Shown piece by piece: positions 15,233-29,287 of a DNA stretch of 64,000 nucleotides. Where the stretch lies: assembly GCA_951406725.2 (NCBI GenBank), contig OX597835.1, positions 30,690,001 through 30,754,000 of the forward strand, given 5' to 3'. The stretch's first letter is position 1. Each line of letters starts with the position of its first letter. The notes beneath the pieces are model-generated. The model was not told the origin of the DNA, searched no databases, and saw only the letters and a list, made by a program, of their open reading frames with translations. This stretch comes from Octopus vulgaris (taxonomy: Eukaryota). The translations under genes were made by a program, and so were the position numbers.

Positions 15233-15311
15233 TATCTCTCCCTCTCTCTCTATATATATATATAGATGTATGTATGCATATTTGTATGTATGTATATAAT
15301 ATATATATATA

Positions 15312-15703
15312 TCTTTATATACAAAAGTGAAGTTGTGTGTCTGTCTCCTACTATTTAGATTCCTAACTACTCCCACATTTTGCGGTGCAGTGTAACCAAA
15401 AGCGGGTATCTTATAGTCGTGATTCATATCGAGCCCTTCTGGGAATTAGCGCGAGTCTACGATGAGTCTACGATTTTAAAAAAAATTACTATTATTTTTT
15501 CTCATTTTAAATGCATTTTTTTGCTATTATATAAGGGAAGTAACTCTCTAAAAATGTATTATTAAATCTCAGAACGTAAAAAGCTACAGTAACACCCCTT
15601 TGTGGTTTGCCATATTGAGATGGCTATTATACTTTACATCTCTAAAAATGCTTATATAGTTATTTCCCTTACAAACCCGAGCAACGCCGGGCGATACTGC
15701 TAG
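15312..15703 (+). mobile_element. Non-autonomous Helitron
   Basis: It starts with TC after an A and ends CTAG before a T. There is a subterminal GC hairpin CCCGAGCAACGCCGGG (15676-15691) and no TSD. It sits in (TA)n. Confidence 0.85.
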
Positions 15704-15759
15704 TATATATATATATGTGTGTATGTGTGTGTATATGTTTGTGTGTCTATGTTTGTCCC

Positions 15760-15879
15760 CCCAAGTGTCTTCTGCTATAATCCTGGGCCAACTAAAACCT
15801 CGTGAATGCCTTTGGTTGAGGGAAACTGAAAGAAACCTAACATATACATATATGTATGCGCACGTGTGTTTGTGTGTGT

Positions 15880-15930
<51 letters not shown>

Positions 15931-16155
15931 CGTGCATGAATGCGAGTGTGTGTGTGTGTATTTGAGTGTACCCTTGTCTTGACAACACGTGCTGGTTGTA
16001 AATGAGTAGGATGTTCGTGTCCTTGGGAAATATTACTTTTTTCTTGGGAACAGGTGAAGGTTGGCGACAAGAAGGGCACCTGGCCGTAGAATTTCTGCCT
16101 CAACAAATTCCACCATGGAAGTGTGGAAAAGTGGACGTTAAATGATGATTATGAT
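15760..16155 (+). mobile_element. Family B-related SINE body with alternative 3' tail
   Basis: The CAAGTGTCTTCTGCTATA..GGAAACTGAAAGAA centre is followed by a different tail, GTTGGCGACAAGAAGGGCACCTGGCCGTAG...GGACGTTAAATGATGAT. Confidence 0.6.
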
Positions 16156-16334
16156 CATCATCATCACCATCATCTCTCTATACACAGACGTTTCCAACAC
16201 TTCAGATTCCTCACTTTCTTTATTGTTAATAAAGTTGTTATAATGTATATTGACCCCTTTATGCATTGACTTCGATCTACCTTATGAATAGAGTTTCTAG
16301 AAATAATTGTCCTTTATCTAGCCTACAAGGTCTA

Positions 16335-16466
<132 letters not shown>

Positions 16467-17116
16467 TATATGTATATGAATATCTATATATTTTTATACG
16501 TATGCATATACAGACGTGTGTGTGAATATATTTAAACACCCACAGACATATTTAACTGTGAAGGAGACTTTACTCTCACTGTCTATATAGTCCTGCATGT
16601 GTGTGTGTCTGTTTCTGCGAACCTCTGTATGTGAGTGTGCATGTACACACACACGCACGCACACACATGTACACGCACGTGTAGACACACTGGCATAGTG
16701 ACATAGATGAGCAGGATACCATTATTAATTTAGAAATTGAGTGTGAGAAAGGCCGAGAAGAAAAGGAGGTAGAGAGTGAACGAGAGAAGGAAATGGAAAG
16801 AGATAGAGAGAGAGATAGAGAGATAGAGAGAGAGAGACAGAGAGAGTGAAAGGGATATATAACTGCTACATGACCGGATTGAGGATAATTGCTTGATTGT
16901 GTTCCGAGTATTAACATGGTAATGAACAGATTAATACAATACCACCACCAACAATGCAACCATCAGCACCACCACCACTTCCACCACCACTACCATCACC
17001 ACCACAACCACTACCACCACCACCGCCGCAACCGCCGCCGCTGCCTACTGCCTACTGCTGGTGCTGCTGGTGTTTTTGCTGCTGCTGCTGCTACTACAAT
17101 AACAACAACAACAACA

Positions 17117-17148
<32 letters not shown>

Positions 17149-17723
17149 AGTTGCATCACCACCGCGAACTCTATATCCCATCATTGTCCAATCACCATCA
17201 CCACCATTGTCCCGATCCCAAGAACCACCGCTATCTCCACTACCACTAGCCCCCATCACTGCAACCACGACTATCACTGCCACAGCAACCACCAAGACCA
17301 TCACTACCGCCAGAGTAATTAGAAATGACATCTCCCACTTCTACCCCCATCACAACGACGACGACGATGACCACCACCACCACCACCACCACCAAAGCCC
17401 TTAGCATCAACAAAACAGTTTCTACCAGCAACGAAACTACCACCGCCACCACCACTACTGACACCAAAACCATCACTATCACCGAAAACGACACAAACAC
17501 TAGTATCAAATCTACAACCACCAGCGCCAAAAACCACCACCACACATACAGGCCTTATCACCAGCTTCAATACCACCATTACCGGATTCCCCGTCTGCGC
17601 TACGACCATAGCTACCAACCAAATCTAGAACTGTGAGTGGCTCCCAACCGAGTCCGATTGATATTTTGCTGTTAAATTTTATGCAAAACAAATTATTTAT
17701 ACTTTGACAATCACAAAATATTC

Positions 17724-18320
17724 TTTTCTACTCTAGGCACAAGGCCCAAATTTTGGAGGGGATGGAGCCGGTCGATTAGATCGACCCCAGTACGCAACTG
17801 GTAATTAATTTATCGAACCCGAATGGATGAAAGGCAAAGTCGACCTCGGCAGAATTTGAAATCAGAACATAAAGACAGATGAAATACAGCTAAGCATTTC
17901 GCCCCATGTGCTAACGTTTCTTATTTCTTTATTGCCTACAAGGGGCTAAACATAGAGGGAACAAACAAGGACAGACAAACGGATTAAGTCGATTACATCG
18001 ACCCTAGTGCGTAACTGGTACTCAATTTATCGACCACGAAAGGATGAAGAGCAAAGTCGACCTCGGCAGAATTTGAACTCGGAACGTAAGGGGGACGAAA
18101 TACCCATTACTTTATTGCCCACAACGGGCTATACACAGAGGGGACACAAGGACAGACAAACGGATTAAATCGGTTATATCGACCCCAGTGCGTAACTGGC
18201 ACTTAATTAATCGACCCCGAAAGGATGAAAGGCAAAGTCGACCTCGACGGAATTTGAACAGACAAAATACTGCTAAGCACCTTGCCCGGCGTGCTAACGT
18301 TTCTGCCAGCTCGCCGCCTT
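17724..18320 (-). mobile_element. Family A SINE, trimeric, with TSD
   Basis: It contains three GGATGAAAGGCAAAGTCGACCTCG-type units. The 17-bp TSD is ACAATCACAAAATATTC (17707-17723) / ACAACCACAACATATTC (18321-18337). Confidence 0.9.
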
Positions 18321-18539
18321 ACAACCACAACATATTCCAACATTTTCTTTTTCTACAATTCCTAATAGTATTTAATTATAAAAATAGAGTAGGATTCCTT
18401 TTATATATACACTAAATGGCTATTTGGGCTAGTTGCTCAAAACAGGTAAAAATGATCGTGAATCACTGAGTTAGACACAGGATGAGGCAAGCCAGGCGGA
18501 ATCAGTTCCCTGCTACAATCTCTTTGCAAGGATCTACAG

Positions 18540-18957
18540 TAGGGGATCTCAACGAGGGTCCATATTGCTCTTGGGGTTCCATATAAGATTTTTTTGTTGA
18601 AATATATGTGAAATAAATTGCTTATACGCAGGGCCGGCCCTTTGGGTTGCTGGCTCCCCGAGCAAGCTGAACTTCGGCTTGTACAAGCTGACGGTTGTGG
18701 ACATATGCTTGTCTTTGGCACACTCTCCTTGACGCCCCCTAGCACATGGCGCCCCGTGTGACTGCCAAAGTTGCGGCACCTTGTGCCTGCCCTGCTTGTG
18801 TTTCTATAATACAATATTCTAACGATTTTGTTATAGAATTTGTAATAATATTTGATTTATAAGATTATAATAGAATTTTCTAAACTTGTAATGGCTACCA
18901 CTGAGTAAAACAAAAATCAAAGCGGTCCGTAGATAAAAGATGGTTGAGAAGGTGTGC
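18540..18957. mobile_element. hAT MITE (same family as 9125-9357), interrupted
   Basis: TCTCAACGAGGGTCCAT...ATATAAGATTT...AATAAATTG|TTCTATAATAC...GGTTGAGAA is colinear with the 9125 copy. Confidence 0.65.
18629..18794. mobile_element. GC-rich hAT MITE nested in the previous MITE
   Basis: TIRs are CAGGGCCGGC and GCCTGCCCTG. The sequence is absent from the homologous position of the 9125 copy. Confidence 0.7.
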
Positions 18958-19049
18958 TCTTCATGGTCATCCGATTAGCAAGAAATAGCAGCCAAATATG
19001 CATCAAATCAATCTCTCGTACTCAATAGTGGATATATAAGCAATATATT

Positions 19050-19262
19050 CTTTTCTACTCTAAGCACAAAGCGCGAAAATTTAGGAGAGTTGGGCCAGTT
19101 GATTAGATCGACCCCAGGATGCAACTGGTACTAATTTATCGACCCCAAAATGATGAAAGGCAAAGTCGACCTCGGCGGAATTTGAACTCGGAACATAAAG
19201 ATAGACGAAATACCGCTAAGCATTTCACCCGGCGTACTAACGTTTCTGCTAGGTTGCCGCCT
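19050..19262 (-). mobile_element. Family A SINE monomer with perfect TSD
   Basis: The 17-bp TSD TATATAAGCAATATATT occurs at 19033-19049 and 19263-19279. Confidence 0.9.
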
Positions 19263-19479
19263 TATATAAGCAATATATTGAACATTGCAGTCTCTGCCTA
19301 CTTCCTGCTTGGTTCAGGATAAAAGGATGGGACGGTCAATGTTGGAACGCTTCTAATATCAAATATCTAATATCCTTGAGGACTGAAACGAGATTGTTTA
19401 TCCTCCTTGCACCAACACCACTACACCACAAGTGAAAACAAAAACAATAACCAGGATTATGGTTTTGCTGTTGTGATGG

Positions 19480-20125
19480 TCATGAGTATGACGACGACGA
19501 CGTATTAAGGATAACGATGAGGATGACGACGACGACGACGACAACGATGATGAAGATGATGATGGTGATGTTTGATTTTGAGGTTAGCGTCAATAATCAC
19601 GACGATGAAAATGACGGTGATGTTGTTTATGATGATAATGATGATGTTCATCATCATTATCATCATCATCATCATCAACATCATCATCACCACCATCATC
19701 ATTATCATCATCAACGTTGATGATGATGATGATGATGATAATGATGATGATCATCATCATTATCATCATTATCATCATCAACATCATCATCACCATCATC
19801 ATCATCATTATCATCATCATCATCATGACTACAGTAATGATGATCATAACGATTATGATAATGATAATGATGATGATGATAATGATGATGATAATGATGA
19901 TAATGACAATGATGATGACGATGATGATGATGATGATCATCATCATAAGGATTACGAGAAATAGTGATGATGATGATGATCATCATCATCATCATCGTCA
20001 TCATCATCATCAGTATCATCATTATCATCATTATCATCATCATCATGACTACAGTATTGACGATCATAACGATTAATATAACTAATGATGATGATGATGA
20101 TGATGATTATTATTATGGTGATGAC
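19480..20125. repeat. Alternating (GAT)n/(CAT)n compound microsatellite with internal duplication
   Basis: Complementary triplet blocks alternate. CATCATGACTACAGTA.TGA.GATCATAACGATTA occurs twice (~19821, ~20041). Confidence 0.85.
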
Positions 20126-20307
20126 ATAATTGTCGATCACAATAGTGTAAAAGATCGTTGCTGTTCTTGTAGTTTCTGGCCATTCTTGATGTTCTTGATG
20201 CTGTTGCTGTAGTTGCTCTTTAAACCAAACCTCACACAGCATGTCCTCCTCATATTCTGCTGCATCGCAGCATCTCTCTCTCTCTAATGGATCATACCAA
20301 GATCTGC

Positions 20308-20371
<64 letters not shown>

Positions 20372-20469
20372 CGTTTTGGGATTTGGTTTGCAAGATTATT
20401 TATATGAGTTCGTGTGTTATAAGGCACAAAAAGAAAATGACTATCCCCAGAGAAAACAGTATATATATA

Positions 20470-20685
20470 TTCAAAATGTGACTTAGTGTGTATCGTTGGC
20501 GGGTTATTTTCTTCCGTCTTCGCTTCCTTGGATCTTTCCTTTTCCTATGGTTCTGATTAAGAGCCATGCTCGAAACGTTAAATCCTCCTTTCTATCCTTT
20601 CCTGAGCGTCTAATAACACTATAATTGTTCCACGTCCTCGCGTTGTTGTGTTTTCTCTTTGTGTTTTCATGTTTAGATTAAATTT
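20470..20685 (+). mobile_element. Family H-related element (distinct subfamily) with hammerhead-like motif
   Basis: GGTT-CTGATTAA-GAGC CAT GCTC-GAAACGTT-AAATCC at 20549-20585, with downstream CCTGAGCGT. It ends in (TA)n. Confidence 0.65.
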
Positions 20686-20717
20686 ATATATATATATATA
20701 TATATACATACACACAT

Positions 20718-20770
<53 letters not shown>

Positions 20771-21595
20771 TATATACATAGATATAGACATACACACATA
20801 CATACATATTCATACATACACACATACAAACATACACATTCATAAATACACGCACATACACACATACATATACACGCATAGATACATGCATGCATAAATA
20901 CAAACATATCATACATTATGCATTGTTATAAATCTGTCTAATAAAGGCCCGAAACATATGTACCGCTGAATCCTTCGCATCATGTTTTTATTTTATTTTG
21001 ATCAATTTACTCCACCACCTACACCACCAAACGGTATACACAGGTGCTTATAATTATCAAGTACTCACCCCGAATTTCTATATATATATATAAATATATA
21101 AATATACATATATATACACATATACATATACATATATATACATAGATATAGACATACACACATACGTACATATTCATACATACACACTTAAAAACATGCA
21201 CATTCATAAATACACACACATGCACACATACATATACACGCATAGATACATGCATGCATAAATACACACACATCATACATATGAATAAAGTCAATTTAAC
21301 AATTTTCTTCTGCAAACCTCTATAGAGTGATGGATAGAACGACACACTTATGTATGTATGTGTATACAGACAAGAAATACGTGCACACACACGCACAAAC
21401 ATACTCATACACACACAAATATAGTTATGTATACATATATATATGTATATATATATATATCGTAATCTCTTTGGCTCTCCCCAAGTGTGTGTGTTCGTGC
21501 GTGTATGACTTTGTAGGTGCGTGTTGAAATACGTACATAAACATATGCTTACATATATTTATATATGCACAGACACAGACACACATATACATACA

Positions 21596-21627
<32 letters not shown>

Positions 21628-21860
21628 CATACATATACATATACATACATACATATATACATACATATACATACATACATACATACATACATACATACAT
21701 ACATACATACATAAATACATACATACATACACGCGTGCACACACACACACTTATGTATATATATATACATATTCACACACTGGAAGGTAGATAAATAGAT
21801 AGGAAGATAAACAAAGATAAAGAAGAATGTGTATTGTATATCTGTGTGTATATGTATATA

Positions 21861-22210
21861 TATATATATATATAAATTAGGTGTATATGTGTATATGTAT
21901 GTATTTACATATTTACATAGGTATATATATATGAAGCGAATTAGTGGCGAGTGTTCAGCTTTAAGTGAACCAATAATAACCTGATATTTCAGCCATTTCA
22001 ACTATATTCTGTCTGAACTCATTTTGACCTTCTGTTTCAATGCACCATGAAACTTGTACAACATTCTTTCTTCGTTCTGCTGTCTGGATAACGACAATTT
22101 CAGTCTTAAACATACATACGTACACCCGAATATATACACATACACAAACGCATAAATTCGTGTACGGGTACATATACATACGTATATATGCATACACATG
22201 CATGCACATG

Positions 22211-22273
<63 letters not shown>

Positions 22274-22306
22274 ATATATATGTCAGTGTACGTGTGTGTG
22301 TGTGTC

Positions 22307-22337
<31 letters not shown>

Positions 22338-22402
22338 ATTAGGTGTATATGTGTATATGTATGTATTTACATATTTACATAGGTATATATATATGAAGCG
22401 AA
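21861..22402. repeat. Local direct duplication of ~70 bp
   Basis: TAAATTAGGTGTATATGTG...ATGAAGCGAAT is identical at ~21873-21941 and ~22334-22402. Confidence 0.85.
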
Positions 22403-22918
22403 TGAGAGAGTGAGAGAGAGAGATACCAGTACTCATATATATATTTATGCGCACATATTTCTCTATATATACACATAGACACAAACACATACACACACAA
22501 ACACACACACATATATATATATATACATATATATTTATACTTGTGAATATGCTTATATATATATATTCATACATACATGTATCTATAAACACATATATAT
22601 ATATATATATACATACATATACATATGTGTGTGTATATTGATGTATATATATATACTTCTACGTATGCGTGTGTTCATGTATTCACACGCATATATATAT
22701 TCATGTATGACTTCTTTGTGGTTGGTGTTTATGTTATGTTGCCTATATATATATATATATATATACATATGTATATATATGTACATACATATACATATGT
22801 ATATGTATGTATGTAGGGTTCAGATAAAAGTCAGTGATGAGAAGTAAAATGACGTGAAGAATTTTTGATGTGTTGTAATAAAGATATTGTTAAATAATTG
22901 GCTACTATATATCTATAT

Positions 22919-22951
<33 letters not shown>

Positions 22952-22954
22952 CAT

Positions 22955-22991
<37 letters not shown>

Positions 22992-23468
22992 TGTATATGT
23001 CAACGTCTCAAGTCATAGGAACATACATTCTCTCTTACACACATATCTGTAGATATACTTATAGATAATCACATACATATATCCTTATATACACACACAT
23101 ATATACCCGTATATGCATACATATATCTTTGTGTGTGTAAAATCATACGCTTATGTGTGTCAGTGTGTGTGAGTATATATACACCCATACTTACCCGTAT
23201 ACTGTTCAAGTGTACACATAAAAGAAAGTATATGTAGATACTTATGCATTTACTGACACCCTCACTAAAAAGTACATTTTATGCATATATCGCGGGTTTG
23301 ATTGTGTATATAACCTAGTATATATACATATATATAGGAATAGCTTAATATCTAGGTGCAGGCTCATATACACAGGTGTGTACATAATTACTGGGAATCC
23401 TTTACATATATCGATGTACACATTTATATATATCAGATTATATATACTTACGAACACTCATAGCTACA

Positions 23469-23509
<41 letters not shown>

Positions 23510-23767
23510 GTATATATACATATGCATGTGTGTATGTGTAGCCATATATATATAAATCTACATCTACATACATACGTGCATATGTATACATATATATAAA
23601 TATACTTATTTATGTATGTGTGTACATATATAATATATATCTATATCCATATCTATATATGTATGTCTATAAATATATATCTATATGTATGTATTTTTGC
23701 ATGCTTCAATGTATATATAGTCATGTATGTATGTATGTATGTATGTATGTATGTATGTATGTATGTA

Positions 23768-23798
<31 letters not shown>

Positions 23799-23945
23799 GT
23801 GTGTATGTATGTGTATACACGCGCGCGCGTGCACATAAGATATTTCTGGTTGGAAAACCGCGGTTCCATTTAGTGATGTGATCACGTTAACACGGTTGAG
23901 GAAACTCGATATCAATTTGCAATGAACAGAAATTTCAATGATAGC

Positions 23946-23987
<42 letters not shown>

Positions 23988-24094
23988 CACACACACACAC
24001 AAACACTCACACGCACGCACTTATATACTGACCCACATACACATGTACAAATATATATTATAAATGCATGTATATACATACATATCTATATCTA

Positions 24095-24125
<31 letters not shown>

Positions 24126-24153
24126 ATATATATTTACATATATATACACATAC

Positions 24154-24203
<50 letters not shown>

Positions 24204-24210
24204 ATATATA

Positions 24211-24272
<62 letters not shown>

Positions 24273-24585
24273 AGAACGAAAGAATATTTTATTTCTCCAT
24301 GCATGTACAATTGTACACACGCACAAACACACACATTCATGCACTCGCACTCACACACACACATACACACATATGTATGCTCTCTTTTTTTTCAATTGTC
24401 TCGTGGTATTAAGTGTGTTTATCTATTTTTATATCCATTAATGCTCCAAAAGTGATTTTTTTTCCACATTCATCGCTGCCTCTTAATCACTTTACGCGTA
24501 AAACATATTTCTTTATAACTACGAAATATTAATTCATATAATTGGAATACAAGTGCGTGCACATGTACGTATGCTTGTATGTATG

Positions 24586-24634
<49 letters not shown>

Positions 24635-24678
24635 TTGTATAATATATACATAAAAATACATATTGATACATATAGATA

Positions 24679-24756
<78 letters not shown>

Positions 24757-24901
24757 TCTTTGTATGCATATGTCCATACGTACATACCAATACATATTCA
24801 TGCATGCATACAGATACATACATATATGTATGTATATACACATATATATATATATATTCATATAAATATGTATGTATATATATAATATATATTTACATTC
24901 A

Positions 24902-24981
<80 letters not shown>

Positions 24982-24986
24982 CTCTT

Positions 24987-25045
<59 letters not shown>

Positions 25046-25281
25046 GTATATATAAATGCATATACGTACATATTATTGTTCATATATGTATCTATGTATA
25101 TGTATATGTGTGTATATATATGTGTGTGTGTTAGACTGTGTATAGATATGTTTATATATACATTTCTCCATATATCTGTAGTAATATGCGATTTATAGTA
25201 TGTTTTAAGTACATCGAACCACATGCTCATGCATACATACTCTCACGAACTTATAGGTATAGGTATGTCATGCAACCCTGC

Positions 25282-25346
<65 letters not shown>

Positions 25347-25664
25347 TGTTTGTGTGTTTATCTGTGCCTGCGTTTGTGTATTTGTATTCGATATATGTCA
25401 ATATGCATGCTTCCAAATATATCAATGTATATTTTCTAAAAGTTCAGTGACATGGCCTTTCAATAAATGGCTTTGCCCTCTAACCGTATTTAATATATAT
25501 GCTATAGGAATGATGGAGCAATTATCAAAGTTAATTACCAAAAACCGTAATTCATCTGAAAGACCTCCACGTATCTGTTTTTAATACACGGGGCCCAACC
25601 AAATCCACCCACCACAGGCATTCCACAGGCATTCCTCCCTACTTCCACACAAAACCTCCCAGGT

Positions 25665-26152
25665 GTAGGCGTGGTTTTGTTGTAGAAATGTTTTGTTCAC
25701 AACCTTGCAGTCTGTGGTTTAATCTCTCTGTGCGCCACCTTGGGCAAGTGTAGTCACCTAAAACTCCGAGCTGACCAAAGCTTTGTGACCAGGTTTGATT
25801 GACGGAAACTTAAAGAATCCCATCGTAGACTCACAGACAAACACACACACATCTACGAACATGTTCGTATGTATGTATGTATGTATGTATGTATGTATGT
25901 ATGTATGTATGTATGTATGTATGTATGTATGTATATGTGCGTGTCTTTATGTTTGTGCCAATCCCCCACCACTGCTTGACAGCCGTGGTTTGTTTGTTTA
26001 TATCCCCGTAAATTAGCTATTGGGCGAGAGAGACCGACAGAAGTATCACGTGGATGCTTGATATATGAGTAATCAATTTGTTCCGCTAAACTCTTCAAGG
26101 CGGTACCTAACATCACCGTAGTCCAATGAATGAAAGAAGTAAACATAAAAAA
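25665..26152 (+). mobile_element. Degenerate family B SINE
   Basis: It contains CACCTTGGGCAAGTG, GACCAAAGCTTTGTG, GACGGAAACT, an internal (TATG)n and tail motifs. Confidence 0.7.
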
Positions 26153-26809
26153 GATATTACTCCATACGAAACCTCATGTAATGCCATAGAAATCTATTAC
26201 TTCAGCCTATAACCTTTTCTGCCGTTCACTTCTCCACCCTCTTCACAAAACGTTACTGAATTGACACTTAAACCTTGTTCTTATATCTGTCACTAAATTT
26301 CTATCAAGAGTCTGACTTAAGATATCAGCCAACACCGATTGACAACCATTGGTCTCTTTCACACATTAAATGCACAGCATTTCCTCTGCATATTTATGTC
26401 ACGGTGGTCTAACATCTAGCAGTTGTGTTCACTTGAGAACGTGTGTTGAAACGAAAACTTATTACAGCGTGGAAGATACATATTAGCCATTGAAAAGACA
26501 CGCAAAAATTGTTAACTTCACTGAAGCATTTCATATTTGGTTTCAAAATTGACGTCACACAACCTGTGACCTTGTCACTGACGCAGTTCCACACCTGCAG
26601 TAGAAATATTGATACCAAGAAATTCTTTCAAGGCCTGATATTTTTGGGGAAGGGGCGAGTCAATTACATCGACCCCAGTATTCAACAGGTATTTATGTCA
26701 TCGGCACCGAAAGGATGAAAGGCAAAATCGACCTCGGTGGAATTTGATCCCAGAAGACAAAGAGCCTGAAGAAATACCGCTAAATATTTTGTCCATCACG
26801 CTAATCATT

Positions 26810-27205
26810 CTTTTCTTCTCTAGGCACAAGGCCCGAAATTTTAGGGGAGGGAGCCAGTCGATTACATCGACCCCAGTACGCAACTGGTACTTAATTATCG
26901 ATCTCCAGAGGATGAACGGTAACGTCGACCTTGGCGGAATTTGAACACAGAACGTAAAGACAGACAAAATACCTATTTCTTTACTACCCACAAGGGGCTA
27001 AACCAGAGAGGAGAAACAAGGAAATACAAAGGGATTAAGTCGATTATATCGACCCCAATGCGTAACTGGTTCTTATTTAATCGACCGCGATAGGATGAAA
27101 GGCAAAGTCAACCTCGGCGAAATTTGAACTCAGAACGTAAAGACAGACAAAATACCGCTTAGCATTTGGCACGGCGTGCTATCGTTTCTGCCAGCTCACC
27201 GGCTT
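26810..27205 (-). mobile_element. Family A SINE dimer (older monomer at 26620-26805)
   Basis: It has two core units, the tail TTCTCTAGGCACAAGGCCCGAAA and the head TTCTGCCAGCTCACC. Confidence 0.85.
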
Positions 27206-27676
27206 GTTTGACAACAAGTAATAAATGTTTAAGTAAAGTTAAATATTATCGTCTGTTTTTCAATGGCGACTGAGTGTTTTAAAAGCTGTAATTGTTTTAG
27301 TTTATCGTTTGGTATAAAGATTTTCCTCACACTGTATGCAAACTACTCACTGACATATTTCCATTGTTGCTGTAATAAATTTGATGCCAAACAATAAATT
27401 GATAATTAAGCTTAACTTTCATTGAGTTTTTGAATGGCTAACTTGTGTCTTTCACGGTTAAATGTTTTGTATTTTGTCATTCTCTTTTTCTCTTCCTTTA
27501 TCTCCAGATCTGATCTAATCTAGTGGTTCTCGAGTCATAGGCTTTTGTAATCCTCGGTCTGCAGTCCTGCGGCAGGTAGCATTTTTGTATATGCTCAAGT
27601 CATCCTTGAGTCGAGAAGCCTTCGGCACACTCGATTTTGTTGCTCACCCTTTATTCAGCGTTTTATAGAACACGGG

Positions 27677-28142
27677 TAGTTGTTATTGCATAATCCATGT
27701 TTATCCGTCTTCGAGTTGTCTTATAGCAAATATCCGTTGTTATAGAATCCCAGGTCAGTCTCCTATCTATTATCCGTACAACACAAAAATTGTTATGGTT
27801 CTGTAACTCCATGTCAGAAGATATTTATCTGGCCTTACGGCAGGGCAGTTGCTATATAACACCAGGTCAACCGTAGCCCAGTTGTCCTATATTACAAAGA
27901 GTTATTATAGTTGTTACTGCATAATCCATGTTTATCCGTCTTCGAGTTGTCTTATATCAAATATCAGTTGTTTTAGAATCCCAAGTCAGTCTCATGTCCA
28001 TTATCCGTACAAAACAAAAATTGTTATGGTTATGTAACTCCAGGTCAGAAGATATTCATCCGGCCTTATGGCAGGGCAGTTGCTATATAACATCAGGTCA
28101 ACCGTAACTCAGTTGTCCTATATTACAGAGAGTTATTATAGT
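27677..28142. repeat. Tandem duplication of a complex 231-bp unit (2 copies)
   Basis: TAGTTGTTA(T/C)TGCATAATCCATG starts at 27677 and 27908. The boundary TAGT recurs at 28139, and the copies are colinear with substitutions. Confidence 0.92.
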
Positions 28143-28575
28143 GTGACTTCATCAGCCTTGAACTAACATTCTATGGTATATATTTATTGAACTACCAGAA
28201 AGAGCCCTAAATTTGCTAAAGATACACAATATTTCTATCCAGCTGGCAATTATACCGCGTAAACCGACGTATAATGAATAATATCTATTCCTATAAGCCT
28301 ATAGGTCTTGCTGTTGGTCGTATAAAAGACAGGAAAAGTGGACTTAGCTAGACTGCAACAGTTACCTTGCTTTTTGCTGTCTGTTGCTGTATTGTCTATT
28401 CCTAGAAGCCTAGACACCAAGAGTTCTCAACCGGGATCCATATGGCCCTCGAGGTTCAACATAAGATCTTTAGGGGGTTCATGCAAGAAAATAGTAAATT
28501 GAAGATCCAGAATGGTATTTAAGGGCCCCTGAAAATAGTTTGCTTTAGGTGTATGTATTATCTCATGCACCCCCC

Positions 28576-28613
<38 letters not shown>

Positions 28614-28883
28614 CATACATATGTATATATAACTATAATCATATATACATATACATATGTATATATCACTATAATCATATACATATATATATATATATAT
28701 ACTTTTATTATTTTAAGTTTTTACACGTTTCAGTCATGTGACAGCGGCCATGCATTCAAAAAGAGCTCCTTAAGGCGGTGATCCGTCATGGCCACAGTCA
28801 AGTGACTGTAATAAGTAAAAGAATACAAGAAAAAACAAAATATATATGTGTGTTTGCATTATGTATGTATGTATGTATGTATG

Positions 28884-28920
<37 letters not shown>

Positions 28921-29147
28921 TGGTACTGGTAGTGGCTAAGAGGAAGTAGTACACTCCTTTTCTCACAGTATATTCCAGACGCAGATCGTGTGTCGATAAC
29001 CAGCTGGAAAAGATGATTTCTTGGGGTTAAAAGTTAGTAACATGGTCCTGACGCAGGACGCCACCTGACGTTGGCAAATACATTTTGATATACAGTATCG
29101 TCATTACTTAGATCTCATTCAGAGATTTAAATCTAGTTGTTTCACTC

Positions 29148-29183
<36 letters not shown>

Positions 29184-29232
29184 GATGATATATATATGTA
29201 TATATATATACATGTATATGTATATATATATG

Positions 29233-29287
<55 letters not shown>

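Noticed and set aside
28145-28160. Minus-strand CTGATGAAG (also + strand at ~203 and CTGAAGAG at ~10907)
   Set aside because: No properly placed stem II/GAAA/stem III follows.
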